Shown here piece by piece: positions 40,908 through 50,286 of a stretch of 64,000 nt of DNA (position 1 is the stretch's first letter; every line of letters begins with the position of its first letter). The position numbers and the translations under genes are program-made. The stretch comes from a virus: the IMG/VR virus record IMGVR_UViG_3300005259_000074, positions 117,956 to 181,955 of that record. One strand, given 5' to 3'. The notes under the pieces were generated by a model. The model ran no database searches, had not been told where the DNA came from, and saw only the letters and a program-made list of their open reading frames with translations.

Positions 40908-42542
40908 TTAGACTCCGACGCCGTCTATTTTCGCGTGGTTGTACACTGGACTTATCTCGCTGTGGCTGCCAGCTGTGTAGACCACAGACACCTTTATCTT
41001 CGGCTTCCTCCATGGGGTATATCCGTCTGTCAAGAATATTGCCCTCACCTCTCTCAGCTTTTGTCCCTTGCTGTTCTTCTCGAGGTTGTTCTCGATGTAG
41101 TCGAGAGCTTTAGTCAGATCGGTACCTCCTCTTCCGTGCATCTTTATGCCGACATCCTTCGGGAGGCGCTTGAACTTTCTGATGCTCTTCTCGTGGACTC
41201 CGTCGTCGCACTCAATGAGAGTCACTTGTGTTCCTGTGCTTCTCATTCCCTTACGGACATATCCCATAAATTTGGTGAGTTCGTCGTCTCCGACGGAACC
41301 GGAGGTGTCTACTACTATGTACACCTTCCTCCCTTCGATGACATGCTTCTTGTAGTGAAAGCTGTCTTCGAACCGCCGCGACGGCCTTCCGAAGTAGTAG
41401 TTCACTTCAGCTTTGATGTCGTCTCCGAACGCATGGGTGATGAGCTTCTCCCAGATCTTAGAATGCACTTTCCCCTCGTAGTCTGGGAGGATTGAAGAGA
41501 GTCCATCTCCTTGTCCGATTCCCTTCTTACGCTCGTGATCTTCCTGACGCTTCTTCGCCTTCTTGAGGATCTCGCGGAACACAGAGTTGTCTTGCGCCGC
41601 ATTGGAAATCTGCTTGTTGTGGCCGTAGAGATCGTTCATTATCTTTTCGAGACCACTACCGCACTTCCCGCACGCGGCCGGACAACTGACTTGTCCGTTT
41701 CCCTGCCCTTGCTGTTGGCCATTCTGTCCCTGACCTTGCCCTGGCTGCTGTCCACCCTGACCAGGCTGTCCCTGTTGGCTGGGTTGCTGGCCTTGCCCCG
41801 GTTGTTGGCCGGGCTGCTGGCCATTCTGTCCCTGCTGACTCGGCTGCGGTTGCTGTCCACCTGGTTTTTGCTGCTGCTGCTGCTGACCTTGCTGGTTGTG
41901 TTTGCACGAAGAACAGGGATTCTTTGCGGGGTGCTCGCGAAGGATCTTGTAGTAGTATTCAGCCTGCATCTTCTCGTCAACTTTGACGTTGGGATATCCT
42001 CTGTCTTTGAGCATCTCTTTGAAGCTCTTGAAAGTTATCCAATCCCCTTCTTGGACATTGATGAGCTGGTTGATTGCGTTGTCGGCTCCGATGTTGAAGT
42101 CGCTGTGCTTCTGAGGGTCGACTTTGCCGTCTGCCTCTTGGAGGATTGGCCGGAACCTTGAGAAGTGGTGGAGGCCCTCGTGCAAGACTTCGTGCTCGAG
42201 GACGAAGAGTTGCATCGGACGACTGAGTGTAGCCAGGAAGTAGTTGTTGATCTCAATCAACAGTTTTTGGCAGTTCACCGCAGCAGTTGGAACACTCGTG
42301 GATATCTTCCTATCGAGGCGGCTCAGTGTGTAGCCGTAAAACGGTTTGTTAAGGTAGAGTGATTTGATGAGTTCCGATATGTAGAATGAGTTTATCTCCG
42401 ACGGTTGTTGGACGTATGGCCTCCCGTTGTAGTAGTCGGGGTTGTTCTGAGTCGCGAGGATGCGCTCGAGGATGGGCTTGGCGTTCCACCGGTCAGCTTC
42501 CGCTTGCGTTACGAGCTTGACAGTCTTTGGAAGTTCGTTCAT
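40908..42542 (-). CDS. Metallopeptidase-vWA protein (DUF2201-like) with Gln/Gly-rich linker
   Basis: HEVLH zincin motif; VDTSGS, GRGGT and LTDG MIDAS motifs. Confidence 0.85.
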   Translation of the reverse strand: MNELPKTVKLVTQAEADRWNAKPILERILATQNNPDYYNGRPYVQQPSEINSFYISELIKSLYLNKPFYGYTLSRLDRKISTSVPTAAVNCQKLLIEINNYFLATLSRPMQLFVLEHEVLHEGLHHFSRFRPILQEADGKVDPQKHSDFNIGADNAINQLINVQEGDWITFKSFKEMLKDRGYPNVKVDEKMQAEYYYKILREHPAKNPCSSCKHNQQGQQQQQQKPGGQQPQPSQQGQNGQQPGQQPGQGQQPSQQGQPGQGGQQPGQGQGQNGQQQGQGNGQVSCPAACGKCGSGLEKIMNDLYGHNKQISNAAQDNSVFREILKKAKKRQEDHERKKGIGQGDGLSSILPDYEGKVHSKIWEKLITHAFGDDIKAEVNYYFGRPSRRFEDSFHYKKHVIEGRKVYIVVDTSGSVGDDELTKFMGYVRKGMRSTGTQVTLIECDDGVHEKSIRKFKRLPKDVGIKMHGRGGTDLTKALDYIENNLEKNSKGQKLREVRAIFLTDGYTPWRKPKIKVSVVYTAGSHSEISPVYNHAKIDGVGV

Positions 42543-42788
42543 GTGAGACCTTTCGCTTTATGTATAATACAAGATAGGCATTCGTAAATTCTTCTTCTAC
42601 AGGTCTAATATAACCTTCGAACCGAAGATGTAAAACAGTTCTAAGAAAAAAGTCTCAAAAAAGTAGGGCTCAAGTTTGTGTGAAAATTCTTTCGAATTCC
42701 CTTTACATTTACATTTGATGGATTATACGCGTACGCGCGTTTGTATATGGAATGGAATTAAATGAGTGCATTTTTTCTGAAATTTCCC

Positions 42789-42821
42789 TTTACATCTTTA
42801 CTTATGGCGTTATATTAGACT
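42789..42821 (+). promoter_or_regulatory. Early-type promoter TTTACA-N16-TATATT
   Basis: 21-mer CTTATGGCGTTATATTAGACT is identical at 57844-57864; related copies at 42702-42729 and 43385-43412. Confidence 0.7.
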
Positions 42822-42838
42822 CCATTGAGGGAATCACG

Positions 42839-43006
42839 ATGCCTCCTTCACAAATAGATGAAATTGAGATGGCTAAGAAGTTGTCGCGGAAGCAAGCTAT
42901 GTGGAACGACGTGCTGAAGTCGACGGAGGCTGCGGCAAAAGCTGAGAAGACACCAGAACAATATGCCGTTTTCAAAGCATACCAAGACAAGTGCGGTGCC
43001 TTCTGA
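42839..43006 (+). CDS. Small hypothetical early protein
   Basis: ATG 42839 with GAGG SD downstream of the promoter. Confidence 0.55.
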   Translation: MPPSQIDEIEMAKKLSRKQAMWNDVLKSTEAAAKAEKTPEQYAVFKAYQDKCGAF

Positions 43007-43057
43007 GAAGACTGATAACTTCGAGTCTAAGCACTTTAGAGACGGAGACCATGACTA

Positions 43058-43327
43058 ATGAAAACATCTGTACCACCGCTGCTAGAAAAGGATGAGGAAA
43101 CTGACGTCACAATGCCGGATCTACTTCCAGTGATAAGGTCGATGACGACCGCCCCGAGAGATGGAACAGTCATCATCCTCTTTACTGACGCGGCGTTCAC
43201 CTCGACTGCTTATAAAGGTCGCTGGAAAGCAGGCATAGCATGGGAGATTCCTGGACACGTGACATGGTATAAGGACTGCGCTTTCATCGGCTGGTTGCCC
43301 GCAACAGTCGAGAAGATAACTCAGTGA
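43058..43327 (+). CDS. Hypothetical protein (TAPRDGT motif, DUF551-like)
   Basis: SMTTAPRDGTVIILF..IGWLP. Confidence 0.55.
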   Translation: MKTSVPPLLEKDEETDVTMPDLLPVIRSMTTAPRDGTVIILFTDAAFTSTAYKGRWKAGIAWEIPGHVTWYKDCAFIGWLPATVEKITQ

Positions 43328-43384
43328 ACTTAGATTAAGGAGAACACTACTCTGAAGAAACAATTAAAAAATCTGAAAGTTCCC

Positions 43385-43412
43385 TTTACATTCACTCGAT
43401 GTGAATTACATT
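43385..43412 (+). promoter_or_regulatory. Early-type promoter TTTACA-N16-TACATT
   Basis: Same architecture as 42789; upstream of the AAA gene. Confidence 0.6.
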
Positions 43413-43468
43413 AGGTATTATTAACAGCAATCAGAAGTAAAACCTTCCCAAATCCAAAAGGAGAAAAC

Positions 43469-44620
43469 ATGGCAAGGGTGAACATCTCGAAGTTCAAGGA
43501 AATCGTGGCCTTCATCGCGAGGGCAAAGAGAGAACACGGTATCACGTGCCCCATCCTCGTGTGGGGGAAGCAAGCAACCGGCAAGACGTCTTCGGTCAGA
43601 CAGACTGCGGTCGCAATCAACGACATCCTCAAAGCTGCGGGCGGAGAAGTGACGAGTGCCACGTCCGTGACGCTGAACCTGGCTAACCAGACCCCGGAGG
43701 AGCTGCTAGGCTTTCCTAGCAAAGACGAGAAGAGCCAGACTACGATCTACTTCCGGCCTTCGTGGATGCTCGACGAACCCAACACCCAAGTCTTCTACTT
43801 CTTGGACGAGATCAACAGAGCGCCGAAGTACGTGCTGCAGAGCATGTTCAACTTCATCAATGAGGGGCGTCTCCATGATCATTCCATAAAGCCAATCGAC
43901 ATCGTCATCGCGGCGGCGAACCCACCAACGGAAGAATTTGAAGTCACCGACTTCGATGACGCAGCGTTCATATCCAGGTTCGCTCACTTCGAGTTGGAAC
44001 CCGATCTCGAAGAAGTCTTGAAGTACTTTGCTGCCAACAAGGACATAGATCCGATCGTTCAAGACGTGATGAAGGAAGCCCCCGCCATCGATTCCGACGT
44101 CCCAGCGATCAAGATCGTTCCCGACTTCAGGATGTATGAGAGGGCTGGTCTCCTCTTGAAGATCATGAAGGAAGCTGAACTGGAGTCTTTCGGAAGTCAC
44201 CTCATGACAGCAATGCTCGGCCCTGATATCTCTACGCTGATCCTGCGGAAAGCAAAGGACAGGCTGAAGGACATCAAGGCCGAAGACCTCCTCACCGGCA
44301 AGGTGAAGTTGTCGAGCATCCCACTCGACCGCATAGACGTGATCACTGTGCTCAACGCGAACATTGCGAGGTACTTCAAGTCGAAAGGGTGGGCATTCCC
44401 CGACAAGAATGGGAAGATCACCGCGGTAGCTCCGACGTCCGTCCTGAAGATCATCGCAAGCTATGTCGAATACATCCCCAGAGATTCGGCGATCGCGCTG
44501 ATCAAGGACTTCAAGATCCAGGGAACTCCTACTAAGGTAGTGAGAGATTACGTTCTCACGGAACTTAGCAAGAATTTCCTCTATGAGCTCTTGGAGGTTC
44601 AAGGATCAGCAAAACGCTGA
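43469..44620 (+). CDS. MoxR-like AAA+ ATPase
   Basis: GKQATGKT Walker A, FLDEINRA Walker B, AAANP, AFISRF. Confidence 0.85.
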   Translation: MARVNISKFKEIVAFIARAKREHGITCPILVWGKQATGKTSSVRQTAVAINDILKAAGGEVTSATSVTLNLANQTPEELLGFPSKDEKSQTTIYFRPSWMLDEPNTQVFYFLDEINRAPKYVLQSMFNFINEGRLHDHSIKPIDIVIAAANPPTEEFEVTDFDDAAFISRFAHFELEPDLEEVLKYFAANKDIDPIVQDVMKEAPAIDSDVPAIKIVPDFRMYERAGLLLKIMKEAELESFGSHLMTAMLGPDISTLILRKAKDRLKDIKAEDLLTGKVKLSSIPLDRIDVITVLNANIARYFKSKGWAFPDKNGKITAVAPTSVLKIIASYVEYIPRDSAIALIKDFKIQGTPTKVVRDYVLTELSKNFLYELLEVQGSAKR

Positions 44621-44628
44621 TCACATTA

Positions 44629-44646
44629 GGGTGTCTTCGGACACCC
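44629..44646 (+). terminator. CUUCGG tetraloop hairpin (terminator or stabiliser)
   Basis: GGGTGTC-TTCG-GACACCC; weak U tract. Confidence 0.5.
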
Positions 44647-44665
44647 ACATATTTCAGGAGACAAA

Positions 44666-45361
44666 GTGATGGGAAAGTGTTGGAGTGCACTGTCATCAGC
44701 TGCCGAAGCCATGCAAAATGTAGGCAGTGGTTTGACCGTGATAGTTCCACGCAGAACTCCAGATGCATGGTGGAAAGATGACAGTTATGCCGATGCGGTG
44801 TTAGAGCTCTCTGATCTGAAATACGGATTCCCAGTGATCAGAGCTGAATTTCACCCAGTGATCTCAGATACTCAGTATTCCGTGATCATAGGAGTACCGT
44901 TCAGTATCGATGAAACTAATGTCATGGCGGTCATTAAAAATCTTTATTTCGAGCAGACTTATCTATGTGATGATGTTGTCAACACTCGGATAGTGAGTGC
45001 GGCTGTCATTGCAGTATTGGAGCGCGTCAGAGATTCTGGATTGCTCGGAAAGTTGAAAGCAAAGATATCTGAAGAATGTGAGAAGATCATCAATGTAGCG
45101 AAAGTCAGCGTAGAAGACGTGAGGTTTTTTCCCGTGTTCGATGGGTTATCCTTCACCAATAGAAGAGGAAACCCCATCGGAATTGTGATGAAACATAAGA
45201 AGTATAACATATCTGCGACTTTCATGACTAACGGAAAGATTCTAGTCGAATCTTCGGATGGAAAGTTGTGTCCAGATTCTCACATGCTTCCTGCAGTCTG
45301 GCAGTTGATGCTAGACATAGCTGCCAGTAAAAGTGCGAGTTCTACAATAGAGAACTTATGA
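44666..45361 (+). CDS. Hypothetical protein
   Basis: 231-aa ORF, SD AGGAG. Confidence 0.6.
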   Translation: MMGKCWSALSSAAEAMQNVGSGLTVIVPRRTPDAWWKDDSYADAVLELSDLKYGFPVIRAEFHPVISDTQYSVIIGVPFSIDETNVMAVIKNLYFEQTYLCDDVVNTRIVSAAVIAVLERVRDSGLLGKLKAKISEECEKIINVAKVSVEDVRFFPVFDGLSFTNRRGNPIGIVMKHKKYNISATFMTNGKILVESSDGKLCPDSHMLPAVWQLMLDIAASKSASSTIENL

Positions 45362-45666
45362 AGACGAAGAATAGCGATCCTCTTAGTTCCTGCATTGTGT
45401 CAGTGATCATCGATAAGACGTACATGCAGAGGGGAGTGTTTGTCATGATGCTGTGTGTCATTTCTCTCTTGTTCTGCAATTCAATTATTTTCTTAACAGG
45501 ATATTTGATAGCAGATGTAGTGTGCTATCACGATTGGATCGCAATCTTTCCTACAATATTCGCTGTCGCATCCACATACGTGTACTTTTTGATGCTGTTT
45601 CAGTTGTGTCGAGCTGTCGAGAAGGAGCTAGCGGATCGTGTTGAAGACGCAGTAGAGAAGCTCTAA
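45358..45666 (+). CDS. Two-TM membrane protein
   Basis: Two hydrophobic stretches. Confidence 0.55.
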   Translation: MKTKNSDPLSSCIVSVIIDKTYMQRGVFVMMLCVISLLFCNSIIFLTGYLIADVVCYHDWIAIFPTIFAVASTYVYFLMLFQLCRAVEKELADRVEDAVEKL

Positions 45667-45679
45667 AACATCCTCCGCG

Positions 45680-46012
45680 GTGTATTTTAAAGAAACGAAA
45701 GGACATAATCATATGCAAATGGACTCTGAAGAAGTTCGTAAGACTATCTCGGAAGTGTGCGAAGAGCTGAAGAGCATATTGTTGGAGAAGAACAAGGCGT
45801 ATGGGAACTCAGCGCTCGAACCAGTCAGAGTGTTCTCCCGTGCCAACCCGCTCGAGCAGATCAACGTCAGGATCGATGACAAGCTATCTCGTATATCTCG
45901 TGGTAGTGAATTCCAAGGAGATGATACAGAGTTCGACCTCATTGGGTATCTGATTCTCAAGAGAGTCTACAAGAGGATGACTACAAATGAAAATAGAGAC
46001 GGAAAAGGCTAA
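45680..46012 (+). CDS. DUF1599 / nucleotide-modification-associated domain protein (start may be 45713)
   Basis: KNKAYGNS..VRIDDKLSRI..DT..DLIGYLIL. Confidence 0.7.
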   Translation: MYFKETKGHNHMQMDSEEVRKTISEVCEELKSILLEKNKAYGNSALEPVRVFSRANPLEQINVRIDDKLSRISRGSEFQGDDTEFDLIGYLILKRVYKRMTTNENRDGKG

Positions 46013-46310
46013 TTTGCGTTATCGTCTCAATTCTTTTTGTCTCGCTCTAAAGAAGATCTCTGAAGATACAGAAGACTTCGATGATATATTTTGTCTTCCA
46101 CTGATGAACACAAATGGAAAGTCAAAGACTCTGAAAGAGAGCCGAGAATTGCAGAAGAAGTGCACTCTCTATCAATCTCATGAATCTGGGTGGTGCAAGT
46201 TCTGCATGTCTGTCAGGGACTTCGACGGTGAGGAAGTGTGGTCAGACATCTGTAAGAATGATTTCGCCAAAGATAAAGCCGCTATCATCAAAGCACTCGA
46301 TGACATCTGA
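45987..46310 (+). CDS. Cys-rich paralog family member
   Basis: CTLY..CKF..CKN..ALDDI. Confidence 0.6.
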   Translation: MKIETEKANLRYRLNSFCLALKKISEDTEDFDDIFCLPLMNTNGKSKTLKESRELQKKCTLYQSHESGWCKFCMSVRDFDGEEVWSDICKNDFAKDKAAIIKALDDI

Positions 46311-46319
46311 GGAATTCGT

Positions 46320-46550
46320 ATGACCGCTAAAGAGAATTTCTGCTCAGTCAGTACAGTCGACGTGGCTTTTGTATGCGGATGGCCTCACCAAGGAGATAAG
46401 GTTCCTTCTAAATGCAAATTTTTTATCAGAGCGAGACCGTGGAACCTCAATGTTTGTAAGTGGTTCCAAGGTAGGACGCGCCCTAATTCTTGTTGCTGCG
46501 AAGAAGCTCAAGATGAAGCGATCATCGTCATGAAGATAGGTGACATATGA
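46320..46550 (+). CDS. Cys-rich paralog family member
   Basis: CKFF..CKW..CCCEEA..KIGDI. Confidence 0.6.
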   Translation: MTAKENFCSVSTVDVAFVCGWPHQGDKVPSKCKFFIRARPWNLNVCKWFQGRTRPNSCCCEEAQDEAIIVMKIGDI

Positions 46551-46849
46551 AGAAGACGTTCTGGGGAACTATGGATGGCGCTAAGAAGTTCAATCTGGCA
46601 GTGTACAGAGACCTTGATAAGTACGGCAGGCCAAACTCCAACTTAGTTCAGAGGGTCACCGAGAGAATTCTTCCCCGGTGTTCAGATGAATGTGAACGTG
46701 GAGATTGTTGCAGTTATCTTGAAGTAGAAGAGTTGGATGATTGTTATTTTGCTTTTGAAGACAACACGATATCTTATTATTGCTCTAAGATTGGAGCGTA
46801 TAAGCGCGCGGTAGATGCTGATCTTCTCAGGAAAATCGAGAACATATGA
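46547..46849 (+). CDS. Cys-rich paralog family member
   Basis: FWGT..CSY..C..C..KIENI. Confidence 0.6.
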   Translation: MKKTFWGTMDGAKKFNLAVYRDLDKYGRPNSNLVQRVTERILPRCSDECERGDCCSYLEVEELDDCYFAFEDNTISYYCSKIGAYKRAVDADLLRKIENI

Positions 46850-47109
46850 ATGATCGTTTGTTTGCGGGAACACTGAATAAGAGTATAAAAAGATTTGGAG
46901 AGGTTCTTCCTGCTTGTACAAATGGTGGGAATATATGGTGCTCTTACTTTAAGTACGAGAAGAATGAACTATACTGCATACATGTACAGTTCTTGTCTCA
47001 TAGTGAACAATTTGAAGAACACGCGTCATGTGGATATTTCTGCAGGCATGTGAATGCCTTTTGCCTCGCACAAGAGGCTGACTCTATAAGGAAATTGGAA
47101 GAGATTTGA
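46846..47109 (+). CDS. Cys-rich paralog family member
   Basis: FAGT..CSYF..CIH..CRH..KLEEI. Confidence 0.6.
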   Translation: MNDRLFAGTLNKSIKRFGEVLPACTNGGNIWCSYFKYEKNELYCIHVQFLSHSEQFEEHASCGYFCRHVNAFCLAQEADSIRKLEEI

Positions 47110-47636
47110 AAGTCATCAATTTTTTCGGGGCTTCTGGAGTAGGTAAGAGCACTCTCGCAGCGGGCCTCTTCCACATGATGAAGATGAATGGCCAGCGGGT
47201 CGAGTTGGTCACTGAGGTCGCTAAAGACTTAGTGTGGGCCGGTAGGAAGAAGTGTCTGTCGGACCAGATGTACGTCATAGCGATGCAGAATCATCGTCTA
47301 GAAGTCCTTAGAGATCAAGTGGACTACGTTGTCACTGACTCCCCTATACCGCTGGGCATAGTCTACGCACCAACGAAGTACTTCAAGTCGTTTCCAGTGT
47401 TGATCATGGAGATCTTCAACAGCTACGAGAACCAAAATTTCTACGTCACTAGGAGGAATTTCGACTACGTCCGCGATGGACGTAAAGAGACGGAACAAGA
47501 ATCCGATGCCAAAGGAAAGACCATCCTCCGCCTGCTAGAAGACCAACACGTTCCTTATGAACACATAAGAGGGGACACTAAAGTGCTGTCCACTGTGTAT
47601 ATTGAGGTTGTCGGAGCAACACCAAAGGTAGTTTAA
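47106..47636 (+). CDS. P-loop kinase/ATPase (AAA_28 / NadR-like)
   Basis: INFFGASGVGKST..EVAK..VTDSP. Confidence 0.75.
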   Translation: MKVINFFGASGVGKSTLAAGLFHMMKMNGQRVELVTEVAKDLVWAGRKKCLSDQMYVIAMQNHRLEVLRDQVDYVVTDSPIPLGIVYAPTKYFKSFPVLIMEIFNSYENQNFYVTRRNFDYVRDGRKETEQESDAKGKTILRLLEDQHVPYEHIRGDTKVLSTVYIEVVGATPKVV

Positions 47637-47828
47637 ATGTTCATGAAAAGAGACAAAGCTGAGAAGTTAGTAGATGAACTGATAGAAGAAGCTCGAAAAC
47701 ACAAGAGCTTTGGCGTCAGCAGACTCGACGTTCTCAGACGAGTTGTGATCGATGAGTTGGCTGAACCCAACTGGATCGACACTGCGAATCTATTTCCGGA
47801 TGATAAAGAAGAGAATGAAGATCATTAA
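47637..47828 (+). CDS. Small hypothetical protein
   Basis: Fills the gap between the kinase and thyX. Confidence 0.5.
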   Translation: MFMKRDKAEKLVDELIEEARKHKSFGVSRLDVLRRVVIDELAEPNWIDTANLFPDDKEENEDH

Positions 47829-48444
47829 CCAGTCTCACGAGATCCTTCCACCATTTCCAGAACAGGCTACTAGAGCTATAGAAGTAGCTGCGAGGACGTG
47901 TTACAAGTCAGAACGGCTCATCGATCACGATGAAGAGTCTGACGTAGAACTCTGCAATAAGTTGATCATCAGAGATCACACTGCTATGCTAGAGTTCGCT
48001 GATATCACCGTCAGATTCATCACCGACCGCGGTGTCACCCATGAGTTAGTCCGTCACAGAGTCTGTAGCTTCGCACAGGAGAGCACTCGGTACGTGAGGT
48101 ACGACGGGAGCATGGAGTTCGTCAGGCCTGTGTGGTTCAAAGAGTGCCAAGTAGAAGGTGCAGTCAACCCGTCTACTATCTGGTTCGACGCCTGTCTAGC
48201 ATCTGAGAACGCTTATCACTCGATGATCGAGTGTGGTTCGACACCTCAGGAAGCAAGGCAAGTCTTGAACAACAGCGTCAAGACGGAGATATGCATGAAG
48301 GCGAACGTCAGAGAGTGGAGACACATATTCAAACTCAGGACGTCTAAAGCAGCTCACCCGCAGATGAGGGCGTTGATGATGCCCCTGCTCGAAGAGTTGA
48401 AGTCCAGACTTCCGGTGTTGTTCTCAGACATCATTCCCAAGTAG
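47815..48444 (+). CDS. thyX: Flavin-dependent thymidylate synthase
   Basis: AARTCYKS..HELVRHRVCSFAQESTRY..EARQVL..AHPQMR; start moved to ATG 47815. Confidence 0.95.
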   Translation: MKIINQSHEILPPFPEQATRAIEVAARTCYKSERLIDHDEESDVELCNKLIIRDHTAMLEFADITVRFITDRGVTHELVRHRVCSFAQESTRYVRYDGSMEFVRPVWFKECQVEGAVNPSTIWFDACLASENAYHSMIECGSTPQEARQVLNNSVKTEICMKANVREWRHIFKLRTSKAAHPQMRALMMPLLEELKSRLPVLFSDIIPK

Positions 48445-48505
48445 ACCACCGCTACTGCTACCATATAGTCCTAGATGAAATGCCTAGGTCGGTGGACGTA
48501 TTTCT

Positions 48506-48538
48506 ACCGTCGGGAGGTCATTTTTCCGACGGTTTTTT
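48506..48538 (+). terminator. Intrinsic terminator
   Basis: ACCGTCGGGA..TTCCGACGGT followed by a T run. Confidence 0.75.
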
Positions 48539-48539
48539 C

Positions 48540-48547
48540 TATAAATA
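48540..48547 (+). promoter_or_regulatory. T4-type late promoter TATAAATA
   Basis: Exact motif upstream of the KamA-family gene. Confidence 0.7.
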
Positions 48548-48586
48548 ACGATCGTATTAAAACTCGAAAGGACTACGTTTTAAATC

Positions 48587-49687
48587 ATGTCGAACTCTGA
48601 CGCTGGGTCTGTGGAAGCAGATCAACCTCCCTTGCCTAAGAATGAAAACTGCTGGAGATGGCAGTTAGCTAACAGGATAACCACAGCAGCTCAGCTGTCT
48701 GATATCATAGAACTAACCGAAGACGAACGATCTGCAATAGACCACACTGGTCTTCCCTTCGCGATAACTCCTTATTACGCGAAGCTGATATCAAACCCTC
48801 ATATAAGAAAGTGCGTAGTGCCGAGCACTCATGAGATGACACACAGCGTCGGAGAAGACGCGGACCCACTCGGAGAAGAGTCTCACTCGAACGGCACGTG
48901 CGTAGTCCACCGGTACCCTGATCGCTGTCTGTTCATGGTGACTAAATTCTGCTCGACGTTCTGCCGGTACTGCACTCGTTCTAGACTGGTTAGTGAAGGT
49001 GAGTGCATCTCAGATACTGACATAGAGGCAGGCATAGCTTATATCAGAGACCACGCGAAGATCAGAGATGTGATAGTGTCGGGTGGAGACCCTCTGACAC
49101 TGTCTACAGATAAGTTAGACCGCATACTGACTGCGATAAGAAGCATTTCACACGTGGAAGTCATCAGAATAGGTACTAAGGTTCCTGTGGTCCTTCCTCA
49201 GCGGATCGATCAAGAATTATGCCACATGTTAATGAAACACCACCCACTGTTCGTTAATATACACTTCACTCACCTTGCGGAGCTGACACCTGAATGTGTT
49301 TCAGCGTGTTCTAAGCTTGCCAATTCTGGGATACCATTGGGATCTCAAACAGTGCTACTGAAAGGCGTCAACGATGATGCAACAACTATGAGACAGCTGT
49401 TTCAGGGACTGTTGAAGGCTCGGGTGATACCGCGATACTTGTACCAGTGCGACCCGGTGTTCGGTTCGTCTCACTTCCGGACTGACACGTCAGTGGGGTT
49501 AGACATCATCAGGTCTCTCAGAGGGTGGACTAGTGGGATGGCATGTCCCAGGTACGTCATTGACGCGCCTGGTGGTGGAGGAAAGATATGTCTAGAGCCG
49601 AACAGCGTGGTTGAAGACAATAGTGAAAAAATCACCATGAAGAACTTCAGAGGAGAACTATACTCCTATCCGAAATTAGCGTCGTGA
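48587..49687 (+). CDS. kamA: KamA-family radical SAM amino acid 2,3-aminomutase
   Basis: HRYPDR..CSTFCRYCTR..SGGDPL..QTVLLKGVND..DAPGGGGK (PLP lysine); substrate not determinable. Confidence 0.9.
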   Translation: MSNSDAGSVEADQPPLPKNENCWRWQLANRITTAAQLSDIIELTEDERSAIDHTGLPFAITPYYAKLISNPHIRKCVVPSTHEMTHSVGEDADPLGEESHSNGTCVVHRYPDRCLFMVTKFCSTFCRYCTRSRLVSEGECISDTDIEAGIAYIRDHAKIRDVIVSGGDPLTLSTDKLDRILTAIRSISHVEVIRIGTKVPVVLPQRIDQELCHMLMKHHPLFVNIHFTHLAELTPECVSACSKLANSGIPLGSQTVLLKGVNDDATTMRQLFQGLLKARVIPRYLYQCDPVFGSSHFRTDTSVGLDIIRSLRGWTSGMACPRYVIDAPGGGGKICLEPNSVVEDNSEKITMKNFRGELYSYPKLAS

Positions 49688-50095
49688 TCACATATTTTCT
49701 ATAATTTTCTCTGATACTGACTTAAGTCTCTCCTCAGCCACATTCGTAGACATGAGAGGTTCTTCTGTTCTCCACGAGGTGCGAGTGCTCATCCAACCTT
49801 TCCACGATTCTTCTGAATCAAAATAAGTCGCACTCTTGATCATCTCCGCGACGACGTCTTCGTAGCTAGCTTCTTCAGCTTCCCAACTATCACAACCAGA
49901 GCAAGAACCATATGAATACTCGTAGCTGAACACTCTTCCATCAGAGAGGAGCGCTGAGATGTCGACATTTCCTTGATAGTCAGATACATAATTTAAAAAG
50001 AGGAGCCTAACGGCGTGAACTTGTCTGAGTGCTTCACCGAGCTGGTGACAGTACCTGCAGTCTTCGACTATTTCTTCTATGTGGTCGTAGAACAC
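49688..50095 (-). CDS. Hypothetical protein (YGSCSGCD motif)
   Basis: DYQG..YSYGSCSGCD. Confidence 0.65.
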   Translation of the reverse strand: MFYDHIEEIVEDCRYCHQLGEALRQVHAVRLLFLNYVSDYQGNVDISALLSDGRVFSYEYSYGSCSGCDSWEAEEASYEDVVAEMIKSATYFDSEESWKGWMSTRTSWRTEEPLMSTNVAEERLKSVSEKIIENM

Positions 50096-50286
50096 ATTTT
50101 GTCCTTCCTTTTAGACCTTAACAATCGACATATCTCGCAGTCACATTCTTCGACTGACACGTCAGATATGTCGATGTGATCATAGAGCGTGTTACCGATC
50201 CTCTCCCAACAAAGAGGACAATACACATCGCCTTCAAATCCTCGACATACTTCTTCGAGTTTGTTGAGACAAGATGGACACATCAT
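50077..50286 (-). CDS. Small zinc-finger protein
   Basis: CPSC, CPLC, CDCEIC. Confidence 0.55.
   Translation of the reverse strand: MMCPSCLNKLEEVCRGFEGDVYCPLCWERIGNTLYDHIDISDVSVEECDCEICRLLRSKRKDKMCSTTT

Noticed and set aside
3109..44602. Long antisense ORFs (for example 3109-3864, 15724-16581, 41511-42161, 43706-44602)
   Set aside because: Shadows of well-supported genes with biased codon or amino-acid composition.
48498..48508. Purine riboswitch (TTTCTACC)
   Set aside because: P1-P3 pairing and the TATGG/CCGTAAA loops are missing.
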